This document shows positions 16,478-25,551 of a DNA stretch of 64,000 nucleotides, piece after piece. This DNA comes from an uncultured Mycoplasmatota bacterium. GTDB lineage: Bacteria; Bacillota_I; Bacilli_A; RF39; UBA660. Position 1 is the first letter of the stretch, and the number at the start of each line of letters is the position of its first letter. The notes beneath the pieces were generated by a model. It was not told the origin of the DNA, did not search any database, and was given only the letters and a program-made list of their open reading frames with translations. Location of the stretch: NCBI GenBank assembly GCA_900553835.1, contig USFF01000002.1, forward strand, positions 6,756-70,755, read 5' to 3'. Position numbers and translations under genes: made by a program.

Positions 16478-17940
16478 TTAGTTATAAATTATTTCGTAAG
16501 GATTTTCTGGACTTCCATCTCCAAAGGATTGAGTATCTCCCTTAATGCTTATAACTGGTCGTACGCCGTACGAAAAGCTGACATTGCTGCGGTCGAGGTA
16601 GCCAGAGTTGCCAGAACCGTGCATAACCCCCACCATAACACCATTTAACATCCGGTTAGGCGAAAGCAACCACCACATACTACTTCCTGTTACACTTTCC
16701 CCAGCACTATTTAGATAATACCATGCATATGGACTTGTTAACTTTGTGTCATACATTCCTCCTGCATATGCTATTTCATCTGCTGTCATGAGGCCAACAG
16801 GGAATTCTAGTTTTGCTTCTGTATTACTTCCTGAAAATGCATCTTTACTATTTGTACAGTCATAGGTTGGTGTTTTATTTGTAACTAGTCTTGTGTATGC
16901 CGCATAGTATAAATCTGAACCAGTCACACTATATGTTCCTTCACCTATTTCTCTATCATTACAATATACTGCTTCTGTACTTATATATTTGGTATAACTC
17001 GATAGATTTGTACTATACCAATTATCTATATATGTTTTTAATGTACTATCATTTTCGTTTGTTCTGTTTGAAGCAAGTGTTCCGCTCGTTCCATACATAT
17101 ATCCTACATACATTGCATCATTATATGAACTATTAAATCCACTTGTACCTATATATCCACTTGTTGTATCAGGACTTGTTCCTGAATACAAAAGCCTTAC
17201 ACTTCCATCATGGTTTGTTCTTATTATTCTCCAGTAAAAGCCTCCGAATTTAACCCAATTGTTTTGTGCATTTCCTGCAAAGTAATACACATTTTTAGCA
17301 GAACTCCCAGCTATGCTCTCAGTTGCTTTGTATAAAGTTCCTGTGTTAGTAGTTGTAAATGTTGCCCTGAATGATTTTCTTGTTTGTATTGTTGGATTGT
17401 CAGATAGCAATTTATTGTATAAAGGAACAGGTTTAGCAGTTCCTTTTTCAATAAACAAAGTACCACTTAACTTTTTACCCATATCATCACTTTGATCTTC
17501 AGTTGTACTATTTTCATACTTAAATTCTGCACTATAGGTATGAGTTGCTCCTTTTGCTATCTCAACACTATATGCAAGTACTGTGTCTGCTACACTAGTG
17601 CTTTTCGGTACATCTGCAAAGTCACTCATATTGTATCCACCGTCTGCAGAAGTTATTTTATATTGTAAATATCCTGTAGTTACAAAAGTATTTACTAAAT
17701 TTTTTATAACTATTCATTCTTTACAGTGAAAGTATTTACTCCACTACTCCATCCTGGTTCTATCTCTGTTCCTGCTATAGTGCCACTTCCATTAGTAAAT
17801 ATTATTTTTAAATCTGTACTTTCTACAGATATATTTTTACCTGTTCCAAATATTTCTGTTGTAAAGTATGCTAGTGTTACAGATAATACTACTACTAACA
17901 AACTTCCTAATATTATAATTAATTCTTTCTTCTTTTTCAT
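16478..17940 (-). pseudogene. Surface-protein paralogue split by a frame break: SipW-type signal peptide + TasA/camelysin-like domain + conserved ~300-aa C-terminal module
   Basis: ORF 17940-17710 (MKKKKELIIILGSLLVVVLSVTLAYFTTE...) ends in TAG. The -1 frame is open from 17713 and continues the same beta-rich domain into ORF 17629-16478. The two frames can only be joined within TGAATAG (17716-17710). Confidence 0.6.
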
Positions 17941-17976
17941 ATAGACTTCCTTTATTTTTTATGACTTACTATTTAT

Positions 17977-20178
17977 TTATAAAGTTAACTGATATGGATT
18001 TGAAGCAGTACCATCTCCTGAAGAAACTTTAACTGTTGACTTAACTGAGATAACTGGTCTAACTCTTCTAACACCATGTACGAAACCATCATCTAGAATT
18101 CCAGGATAGTTTGAACCACCTACAACCATTGAACGAGCAGAGGTTTCATCACCACTCCAGCGGTATGGAGATAAAAGCATCCAATATGTTGATCCCATTA
18201 TACTACTGCCTGCACTGTTAAGATAGAACCAAGCTGATGCGTTATTTGTGCCATATACTCCTCCTGCATAAGCAACTTCATCTGCTGTCATTAAGGCAAT
18301 TGGATACTTTAGTTTTGCACTTGAATTACTTCCTGAAAATGCATCTCCCTGTGTAGTACAATCATATGTTGGAGTTTTATTTGTTGTTAATCTTGTATAA
18401 GGTCCAAAGTAGAAATTTGTACTTCCTGTATTGTAAGTTCCACTTCCTATATTTCTATCATTACAGTATACTGCTGTAGTACTTAAATAACTTGCATAAC
18501 TAGTTAAGTTACTTTCATACCATGTATCTATTGCTTTTTTTATTGTGCTATCATTAGTATTTGTTCTATTTGATGCAAGGCTACCTGTCGTTCCATACAT
18601 ATATCCTACGTACATTGGATTATTTACTGTATCACTAAATGCAATAGATGCTGAATTTATGTAACCCGCTGTTGTATTATGACTTGTCCCTGAATATAGC
18701 ATTCTTACACTTCCATCTGCATTTGTTCTTATTATTCTCCAGTAAAAGTTAGCAAATTTAACCCAGTTATTTGTAGTATTTCCTGCGTAATAGTAAACTG
18801 TTGTGCTTGAAGTATTATGTACATTCTTTTCAGTTGCTTTATAAAGAGTTCCAGTTGTTGTACTTGTAAGTACATCGCTAAATGAACTTCTAGTTGATTT
18901 AGTTGGATTGTCTGCTAAAATTATATTATATAAAGTTGCAACAGGAAGTGTTACTGTACATGTACCATCTTTAGTTATATTACTAACTGTAAGTGTTGAT
19001 CCACTTACACTTCCTGTACCTGAAGTACAAGTTACAGTTGTGCCTTTTACTGTATAACCTGAATTAGCTGTAATAGTATAAGTAGTACTTTTACCATATG
19101 CTACATATCCTCCACCAGTTACACTGCCATTACTAACAGTTACATTAACCTTATGTAATTTAACCCACCCTGCATATATTGTTTTATCACTTTTTTCACT
19201 TAATATACTTGCTGAAGTATATTCGGATATTTTTCTATTTTCTCTTTTACCATAATCTAAATAATGAGTATATAAACTATTTTCATTATGTCCAAATGCA
19301 GTATTTAAATCAGAATAAGTATCTGCATAAAAGTATAGTGGATGTTCTTTATATTCTAAGCTATACCATCCTAAAAATGCATATCCATCTCTTGAAGGTG
19401 TCGGCAATGTACCAAAAGTTTCTTTATATCCCATATTTTTAGTAGAAACAGTTCCTGAAATATCTATGTTTGAAAATGTATATGTTTTATTAGTACCATT
19501 AACATCTAAACGAAGCCAATATGTTCCTGTTACGGTTGGAGTAAATTTAAAATTTTTATTAGAAATCATATGATAATATGTATTATATGCTCCATTTAAC
19601 ATTAAGAATGCTTCAACGGTACTTGTCCCTGGATTAGTACCCCACACACCATTAGTATCACAATTAAAAGTATAAGTTTTATTTGCTTCTAAATATACTC
19701 TTGCATTAATGAAACCATACCCATCATCACTTTTTCCAGTAACTGTAACAACCTTATCTTTTACAGTATAAGTCATATATTCTGAGGTAACATTACTTAC
19801 ATCATCTAGATTATATACTAGATTATTTGTACTATAAGTAAGAACATATACTCCCTTTTTAAAATTCATTGTACAATAATCAGGCATTTTTACATTAGAT
19901 AGACTAATACTACTGTCATCTCTATTAAAAGTAGCAGTAGTGCCATTCTTACAAGTAATACTTTCTACTTCATAAGCTTCGATTAGATCAGCATAACTTA
20001 AATCAGTTTGTTCTCCTTCTAAAGTATAAGCCTCTATTCCATCAGGTTTTTTAATTAGTTCTTTAATAGAAACTCTTTCTTCATTACTTTCTTTATTATT
20101 ATCTTTTAGTATAAAAGATAATGTTAAATTAATAGTTAAAACTAAAATAGTAATAAATATAATTAATTTTCTTTTCAT
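17977..20178 (-). CDS. Large surface protein: N-terminal anchor, Listeria-Bacteroides (InlB B-repeat)-like modules, conserved ~300-aa C-terminal module
   Basis: Start placed at MKRKLIIFITILVL (SD AAAGGAAAAGAGG). LPTPSRDGYAFLGWY repeat motif. The C-terminal YYYAGNTTNNWVKFANFYWRIIRTNADGSVRMLYSG...WMLLSPY...VRPVISVK is paralogous to 16478-17400. Confidence 0.8.
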   Translation of the reverse strand: MKRKLIIFITILVLTINLTLSFILKDNNKESNEERVSIKELIKKPDGIEAYTLEGEQTDLSYADLIEAYEVESITCKNGTTATFNRDDSSISLSNVKMPDYCTMNFKKGVYVLTYSTNNLVYNLDDVSNVTSEYMTYTVKDKVVTVTGKSDDGYGFINARVYLEANKTYTFNCDTNGVWGTNPGTSTVEAFLMLNGAYNTYYHMISNKNFKFTPTVTGTYWLRLDVNGTNKTYTFSNIDISGTVSTKNMGYKETFGTLPTPSRDGYAFLGWYSLEYKEHPLYFYADTYSDLNTAFGHNENSLYTHYLDYGKRENRKISEYTSASILSEKSDKTIYAGWVKLHKVNVTVSNGSVTGGGYVAYGKSTTYTITANSGYTVKGTTVTCTSGTGSVSGSTLTVSNITKDGTCTVTLPVATLYNIILADNPTKSTRSSFSDVLTSTTTGTLYKATEKNVHNTSSTTVYYYAGNTTNNWVKFANFYWRIIRTNADGSVRMLYSGTSHNTTAGYINSASIAFSDTVNNPMYVGYMYGTTGSLASNRTNTNDSTIKKAIDTWYESNLTSYASYLSTTAVYCNDRNIGSGTYNTGSTNFYFGPYTRLTTNKTPTYDCTTQGDAFSGSNSSAKLKYPIALMTADEVAYAGGVYGTNNASAWFYLNSAGSSIMGSTYWMLLSPYRWSGDETSARSMVVGGSNYPGILDDGFVHGVRRVRPVISVKSTVKVSSGDGTASNPYQLTL

Positions 20179-20208
20179 AAAAACCTCTTTTCCTTTAATA
20201 CACACCAA

Positions 20209-20232
20209 AAAGAGATAGGGTTATCCTATCTC
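20209..20232 (-). terminator. Intrinsic terminator inside the 5' leader of the surface-protein gene
   Basis: Minus strand reads GAGATAGG-ATAAC-CCTATCTC followed by TTTTTGG, ending about 30 nt before the ATG at 20178. Confidence 0.65.
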
Positions 20233-20262
20233 ATTAAAGCACATGAAAAACTTAGAGGTTTA

Positions 20263-20328
20263 CTAGTTATTAATAGTAACCCCCCCCCCTAGTACTTTAT
20301 TTTGTACAAGAGTGCTATTGTTTTTCAT
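20263..20328 (-). CDS. 21-codon leader ORF (MKNNSTLVQNKVLGGGVTINN) containing the G10 tract
   Basis: SD AAAGGAGAG lies 6 nt before the ATG (20328), with stop TAG at 20265-20263. Below the ORF-track cutoff. Confidence 0.45.
   Translation of the reverse strand: MKNNSTLVQNKVLGGGVTINN
20280..20289 (-). repeat. G10 homopolymer (C10 on + strand)
   Basis: Read directly: ...gtaac cccccccct ag... This is the only long G/C homopolymer noticed in this AT-rich window. Confidence 0.95.
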
Positions 20329-20477
20329 GTTTATCTCTCCTTTGTTTTTTTGAAACATATGTACCATATTCTGTACATTATATTTCTTGTAGTTTCCTAC
20401 AATAAAATAATACCACAAAAAGTTTAGTTTACAAGCACTAATTTCTTGTACTTTTTGTGATACTGATGTTATTTTAT

Positions 20478-21380
20478 TTAATTTCTTCTATTTTCTCCTA
20501 TTAGAGATATTTGTACTGTTAATTCTTTTATTCTTTCTATTATTCTTCTAGCTTTTATTTTATCTGTACTAGTACTAGTTTCTGATAAGTGGTTTTCTAG
20601 TTCATCTAAAGTAAAGTTTGATGTAAAAAATGTTATTTTTTTATTATCCATTCTACTTTGTAAGATACCACCTAATACTTCATCTCTACTCCAAGGAGTG
20701 TTATTTTCTGCACCTATGTCATCTATTAATAATATATCTGCATTTATTAGTTCATTATAAACTTGCTCATAACTTTCATTTTTACTATTAAATGAGTCTT
20801 TTAATCTTTTAAGTAATAAAGGATAGTATATACTAACACATTTAATGCTTTTTCTAGATAATTCATTTAATAAAGCATTTAATATGTAACTTTTACCAGT
20901 ACCAAAAGATCCACTTAGGTATATACCTTTTTTATTTGGATATTCTTCCATAAATGATTTTAAGTATGAAAGAAGTTCTATTCTTGCTTTATCATTATAG
21001 TAAACTTCTTTCATTTTAGCATTTTTAAGTAAACTAGAAGTTTCATAAAATACTACATTACTTTTGTATTTATCATTTTCTTTTTTATATTTACATGGTG
21101 TGTAATTAAATGTAAGATAATCTTCTTTTTTAGTAGGATAATCTACATAACCTACTACTTCATTTAAACAGTTATTTAGTCCTTTACAATTTTTACAATT
21201 ATTTAATTCTTTAACTGTTTTTTCAAGTTTAGAAGTATATTTGCATAGTTCTTCTTTTGGAAGATTTAATCTATAACAAAGACTTGCAAAGTCTTGTGTT
21301 TCCATACAAATCATAAAGTTTTTTTCATTTAATCTTTTTATATCTTTTTTACTATTTATTAAGTTATCTATATTCTTCAT
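20478..21380 (-). CDS. dnaI: Primosomal helicase loader DnaI
   Basis: Cys-rich N-terminal domain, Walker A GSFGTGKSY, LLIDDIGAE. It follows dnaB with a 1-nt overlap. Confidence 0.88.
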   Translation of the reverse strand: MKNIDNLINSKKDIKRLNEKNFMICMETQDFASLCYRLNLPKEELCKYTSKLEKTVKELNNCKNCKGLNNCLNEVVGYVDYPTKKEDYLTFNYTPCKYKKENDKYKSNVVFYETSSLLKNAKMKEVYYNDKARIELLSYLKSFMEEYPNKKGIYLSGSFGTGKSYILNALLNELSRKSIKCVSIYYPLLLKRLKDSFNSKNESYEQVYNELINADILLIDDIGAENNTPWSRDEVLGGILQSRMDNKKITFFTSNFTLDELENHLSETSTSTDKIKARRIIERIKELTVQISLIGENRRN

Positions 21381-22672
21381 TAAAAACTCCTTATAAAGCC
21401 TTCAAGTTCATCTTTTATATCTCCATTTAGTTCTTCTTTTTTTAAGTTTTTATTAAACCAGTCTGGAGTTGTTTCCTCTTTTTTAGTACTTTTTGTTACA
21501 GTTGTTTTCTTTAATTTTTTATGACTTTTTTCTGCATAACTCATTGCTTCTTTAGCAGTTTCTAACCCAGCTCGTTTCCATTCTCCTGCTACTACTTCTA
21601 CATAACTTTTTACTAATCTATTGTTTTGTGTTTTAAGTATGTAGTCTATTAGTACATTACATACAGCTGGATTTAGTTTTAAGTCTACTACTAGCATTTC
21701 TAGTATTTTCATATCTCTTTCAGTAGGTCTTACACCTTTATATTTACTTTTTAAGAAGTCATATGGTTTAGTACTTTCAAATACTTTGATAATTCTTCCT
21801 TTTAGTGTATTGTCTCCACTTGGACTTCTTAAGTAGTCTGGTTGATTTTTAAATATTAAACTAGGAAGTCTTCCATCATTATTAAATTCATAGTATTTTC
21901 TTGTATTATTTTTTAACTCTTCTTTTTCTATTAAACCTTTTTCATTTAAACTCACTTTAACTATATCTGACATAGTTAAAGGATCTAAGTTATATAGAAA
22001 TGCTAAATTAGTTATTAATTCTTTTACACTTTTAGTTAATGCTTTTTCATTAAGCAAATTCTTAGGCATACTACTTAGTAAAGCATCAAAGTCAAATATT
22101 TGTTCATATTCTATATTTCTTTTATTTTTACTTACTATTTCTTCTTCGTTTATTAACTCAAAGTTAGAATAGTTTTTACTTTTAAAAGTCATGTCAAAAG
22201 GACTAGTTATGTCCTGATAGTTACTTAAATTAATTGATGGTACTTTAAAGTAAGATTTTATTCTTAAGTATTCTTCTTTACCAACATTATTATAAAGAAC
22301 CATATTGAATATAGGATGATTAAAGAATTCATTTACAGATAAAGGACTATAGAGTTCATATACATATGAATTTATACTTCCCTCTTTTACAAATGTTTTC
22401 ATTAAACCTATTCCTTCTAGTTTAATTCTAGCTTCTTTTATGCTTTCAAGTGAGTCGCCTAGATTAGTCATTAAGTGATGATGAGTTAGTTCTGGACTTA
22501 CGAAATTACTTGCTTTTAATTCGCTATATAAGATGTTATATAGTGTTACTGCAGTGTTACCTATTATTGGCATATAAAGCATGTTAAGTACTATTTTGTC
22601 ATATTCATTGAGCATGCTTTTATTTACTACTATATACATGTCTGCTGGAAGCAATGTTACTTTGTTTTTCAT
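21380..22672 (-). CDS. dnaB: Replication initiation/membrane attachment protein DnaB (Bacillus-type, DnaD-like domains; not the helicase)
   Basis: Size, position upstream of dnaI, and the C-terminal DnaB_2-like SYVEVVAGEWKRAGLETAKEAMSYAE. Confidence 0.8.
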   Translation of the reverse strand: MKNKVTLLPADMYIVVNKSMLNEYDKIVLNMLYMPIIGNTAVTLYNILYSELKASNFVSPELTHHHLMTNLGDSLESIKEARIKLEGIGLMKTFVKEGSINSYVYELYSPLSVNEFFNHPIFNMVLYNNVGKEEYLRIKSYFKVPSINLSNYQDITSPFDMTFKSKNYSNFELINEEEIVSKNKRNIEYEQIFDFDALLSSMPKNLLNEKALTKSVKELITNLAFLYNLDPLTMSDIVKVSLNEKGLIEKEELKNNTRKYYEFNNDGRLPSLIFKNQPDYLRSPSGDNTLKGRIIKVFESTKPYDFLKSKYKGVRPTERDMKILEMLVVDLKLNPAVCNVLIDYILKTQNNRLVKSYVEVVAGEWKRAGLETAKEAMSYAEKSHKKLKKTTVTKSTKKEETTPDWFNKNLKKEELNGDIKDELEGFIRSF

Positions 22673-22737
22673 AAGACCACCTAGTAATTATTTTATATTA
22701 AAGTTTAAAATAAAACAAGTATTTTAAAAGAAAAAAG

Positions 22738-23700
22738 CTAATTATTTTTTAAATAATTAGCCATGTTTTCTCCCCATTTAAAGAAATAGAATGATTTAGG
22801 ATGTATTCCATCATTTGCATATGGTTTTTCATTTTCTTTTAAGTATTCACTATTATCTAAGTATGGAACATTTAATTCATTTAGTAACTCGACTAGTTTT
22901 TCGTTATAAGTGTTTAAATACTGATATTGAGTTCTACTTTTTAAAGCATTTTCTCCTACTGGTAATATTAGATTAACTATTATTTTTGTATTAGGTAGTT
23001 CATTTCTTAAAAATTCTATTTTTTCTCTATAGAAATTAATGAATTTTTGATAGTTAGAACCCCATGCTAATATATCATTACAACCATAACTTAAGAATAA
23101 GTAATTTGGGTTATACGCTTTTACTCCATCTAAATCTTTTTCCATGTTATCTATTCTTCTACCACGAGTAAATATTACATTTTCTTTGTTTAATACTCCA
23201 TAACAACTTAGTCCTTCAGCCATTGAGTCACCAATTGCCATTGCATGCTTTTCAGTAAATATTTTCTTTACTTCACTTTTAGTACTAGAACTAGTAGTTG
23301 AAGTGTTTGTGTTTGCATTAGGTTTCGTAGTTTGTTTTACTTCTATTTTCTTCCATTTTGCTGTTAAAGTTATATCACTATTTATAGTTATTTTATCCTT
23401 TACTTGTTCATTATTTTCATTATACCAGCCTAGAAAAGTATATCCTTTATAAGTTGGTGCTTCTGGAATTGTTAATTCTTCATTTTCTTTTATAGTTATT
23501 TCTTCTAGACTACTTCCACCATTTGAATTAAAAGTTACTTTGTAATATTTTTCTTCTACTTTTACTTCTTCTTTTAGTTCATCTTTAGTTTCTTCTTTTA
23601 CTTTATAGACTTTAAAATAGTAGTATAACCCACCAGATATTAAAGATATACTTAGAATCACTAAAAGTATACTAATTATTATATTTCCTTTTTTGTTCAT
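22738..23700 (-). CDS. Membrane-anchored SGNH/GDSL hydrolase with an InlB B-repeat-like module
   Basis: N-terminal TM, YKVTFNSNGGS...GYTFLGWYNENNEQV repeat, and SGNH blocks AIGDSMAEG, GCNDI, DGIHP. Confidence 0.8.
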   Translation of the reverse strand: MNKKGNIIISILLVILSISLISGGLYYYFKVYKVKEETKDELKEEVKVEEKYYKVTFNSNGGSSLEEITIKENEELTIPEAPTYKGYTFLGWYNENNEQVKDKITINSDITLTAKWKKIEVKQTTKPNANTNTSTTSSSTKSEVKKIFTEKHAMAIGDSMAEGLSCYGVLNKENVIFTRGRRIDNMEKDLDGVKAYNPNYLFLSYGCNDILAWGSNYQKFINFYREKIEFLRNELPNTKIIVNLILPVGENALKSRTQYQYLNTYNEKLVELLNELNVPYLDNSEYLKENEKPYANDGIHPKSFYFFKWGENMANYLKNN

Positions 23701-23736
23701 GTTTACTCCTTTCTAACTTGAGCATTAAAGAGCAAG

Positions 23737-25329
23737 TTAGTCAGCTTGCTCTAGATTTGTTACACTTGTTACGTTTGTTTTTCCATTATAGTAAACTACT
23801 AATTTAGAACCTTTAGTTATAAATGGAAGTATGTCTTTATTTACTTTTATACTTACTTTATATTTATTATTTTCAGTATCAGTTATATAGTAATAAGTAT
23901 TTCCATCTATTATAACTTCTTTAATAGTATTTACTACTATTTCAGTTTTTTCTTCTTTACCAGTTACTTTCTCTGGAATGTTATTTAAATAGTTTTCTTT
24001 AGCTTTTTCTACACCTTGACTTGCATCTGTTACTACTACTTTTTGGTAATCTTCTACATCAATGAAAGCATACATTTTTACTAGTCCTGCATTATCTTTT
24101 AAACTTACTAAATATGTTGGTCTATTATTTAAGTTTATTAGAAGTGGGAATGTACTAGTATATTTCATTTGCTGTACTTGCCCTTCTGCACTTGCCATTG
24201 CTGAATATTCTTCTGCTCCTGGTACTTGATAGAAGAATGTTTCTTTAGTTCTCATGTTTGCTAATATAAAACCTATGTTACTTTCATCTGTACTTACAGA
24301 AGTTATACCAGTATATAAGTATACATCATCATCTTTTACTAAGTAGTTATACCCATCAGTTGTCATTACTACTCCAGTTTGACTAAATAGTGAGTTAAAG
24401 AAACCTTTTTGATATAATCCCCAGTCATCTACTTGTTCAATTATTAATTTTGCATCATATACATGATCTACCCATGAAGGTACATCTTTAGTTTTATAGT
24501 AATTTGTTTTACCATTTACAGGATTAACTATTACTACACCTTTTACATCTCTTTTTAGTCCTACTGCTTTATATTTAAATACTGGGACTATAAAGTATGG
24601 ATTACCATCATTATCAAGTTCAAAGTTTGCAGTTCCAAATATAAGTGTTGGATATTTAAATCTTAATAATCTAGGTAAATAATCATTAAAGTAAGCACTT
24701 TCTGTATATTTCATACCTTTTGGAAGTTTTACTAAATCACTTGTACCATTTACACTATTAACTTTTATGTAGCCAGTTATTCCTTTTTTTCTATTTTTTA
24801 TCCATTTGAAGAAACCATTATATTCTAGTGGCGTTACCCTTACAATTTCTCCATCATAATTTATTTGAGTATATAAGTCACTTACATAGTACTGGCTTAC
24901 CATTTCAGGCATTCTTCCGACAGTTCTATCTCCTAGTTTAGTACTAGAATCTTTATCTAGAAGTGGTAATTTACTAAAGTCCACTTCTTCAATGTCATCA
25001 GTAAATTCATTATCAGTAATTATATCTATTCTTTTACTATAACTTTTGCTATTAAATATTGGACTACAAGCTATGTCAGTTATAGTTATAAAAGCACATA
25101 CTAGAATAAATGCTCCTGCAAATATTTTAAATGGACCCACCATTACTTTAACACTTCTCTTTTTAATTAAACTAAATATTGAAGCAGTAAAAGCATATAT
25201 AAATATTAGGAATATTAAAAATACCCAAAAGCCTAAGCTATGAATGTTTATTGCTGGTAAAAACAAATAAAACATTATAAAACCTACTACTAAAGTTATT
25301 AAACCACTAAATAAATTTTCTTTTTTCAT
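23737..25329 (-). CDS. Membrane protein with three N-terminal TM segments and a large extracytoplasmic domain (hypothetical)
   Basis: 530-aa ORF with hydrophobic N-terminal segments. No family recognised. Confidence 0.6.
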   Translation of the reverse strand: MKKENLFSGLITLVVGFIMFYLFLPAINIHSLGFWVFLIFLIFIYAFTASIFSLIKKRSVKVMVGPFKIFAGAFILVCAFITITDIACSPIFNSKSYSKRIDIITDNEFTDDIEEVDFSKLPLLDKDSSTKLGDRTVGRMPEMVSQYYVSDLYTQINYDGEIVRVTPLEYNGFFKWIKNRKKGITGYIKVNSVNGTSDLVKLPKGMKYTESAYFNDYLPRLLRFKYPTLIFGTANFELDNDGNPYFIVPVFKYKAVGLKRDVKGVVIVNPVNGKTNYYKTKDVPSWVDHVYDAKLIIEQVDDWGLYQKGFFNSLFSQTGVVMTTDGYNYLVKDDDVYLYTGITSVSTDESNIGFILANMRTKETFFYQVPGAEEYSAMASAEGQVQQMKYTSTFPLLINLNNRPTYLVSLKDNAGLVKMYAFIDVEDYQKVVVTDASQGVEKAKENYLNNIPEKVTGKEEKTEIVVNTIKEVIIDGNTYYYITDTENNKYKVSIKVNKDILPFITKGSKLVVYYNGKTNVTSVTNLEQAD

Positions 25330-25427
25330 TTTTTAAAGATCCTTTCTTATTTGACTATATATTACTTCTTTAGATTTATTTAATTATAATATCGCCTACC
25401 TTAAATAGCATTTTTTCTCCTTTTAAA

Positions 25428-25503
25428 TGGCGTTCCCGAGAGGATTTGAACCTCCGACCTACTGCTTAGGAGGCAGTTGCTCTTCCAGCTGAGCTACGAG
25501 AAC
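25428..25503 (-). tRNA. tRNA-Arg (anticodon CCU)
   Basis: Minus strand is GTTCTCGTAGCTCAGCTGGAAGAGCAACTGCCTCCTAAGCAGTAGGTCGGAGGTTCAAATCCTCTCGGGAACGCCA. It folds as a cloverleaf with anticodon loop CTCCTAA and encoded CCA. Confidence 0.93.
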
Positions 25504-25551
25504 ACTTAAGTAAATTATAACACAAAAGTATATTTTCTTCCATATTATAAT

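Noticed and set aside
20304-20451. Invertible-promoter switch (inverted repeats GTACAAGA / TCTTGTAC) upstream of the surface-protein gene.
   Set aside because: The inverted repeats are only 8 bp, no recombinase gene is nearby, and a third copy lies in direct orientation. They are more likely regulator sites or chance.
20401-20460. Promoter TTGTAA-16-TGGTATTAT for the leader ORF.
   Set aside because: Not rejected outright, but left uncalled. The same sequence forms the 3' arm of a 10-bp hairpin (CACAAAAAGT...ACTTTTTGTG) plus a U-rich tail, which is equally well explained as the dnaB-dnaI terminator.
23701-23760. Two mutually exclusive hairpins (GAGCAAGC/GCTTGCTC and CTAACTTG/CAAGTTAG) between the 530-aa membrane protein gene and the SGNH hydrolase gene.
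   Set aside because: The stems are short and overlap a stop codon and an SD, with no U-tract. This is plausibly just translational coupling structure and too weak to call a regulator.
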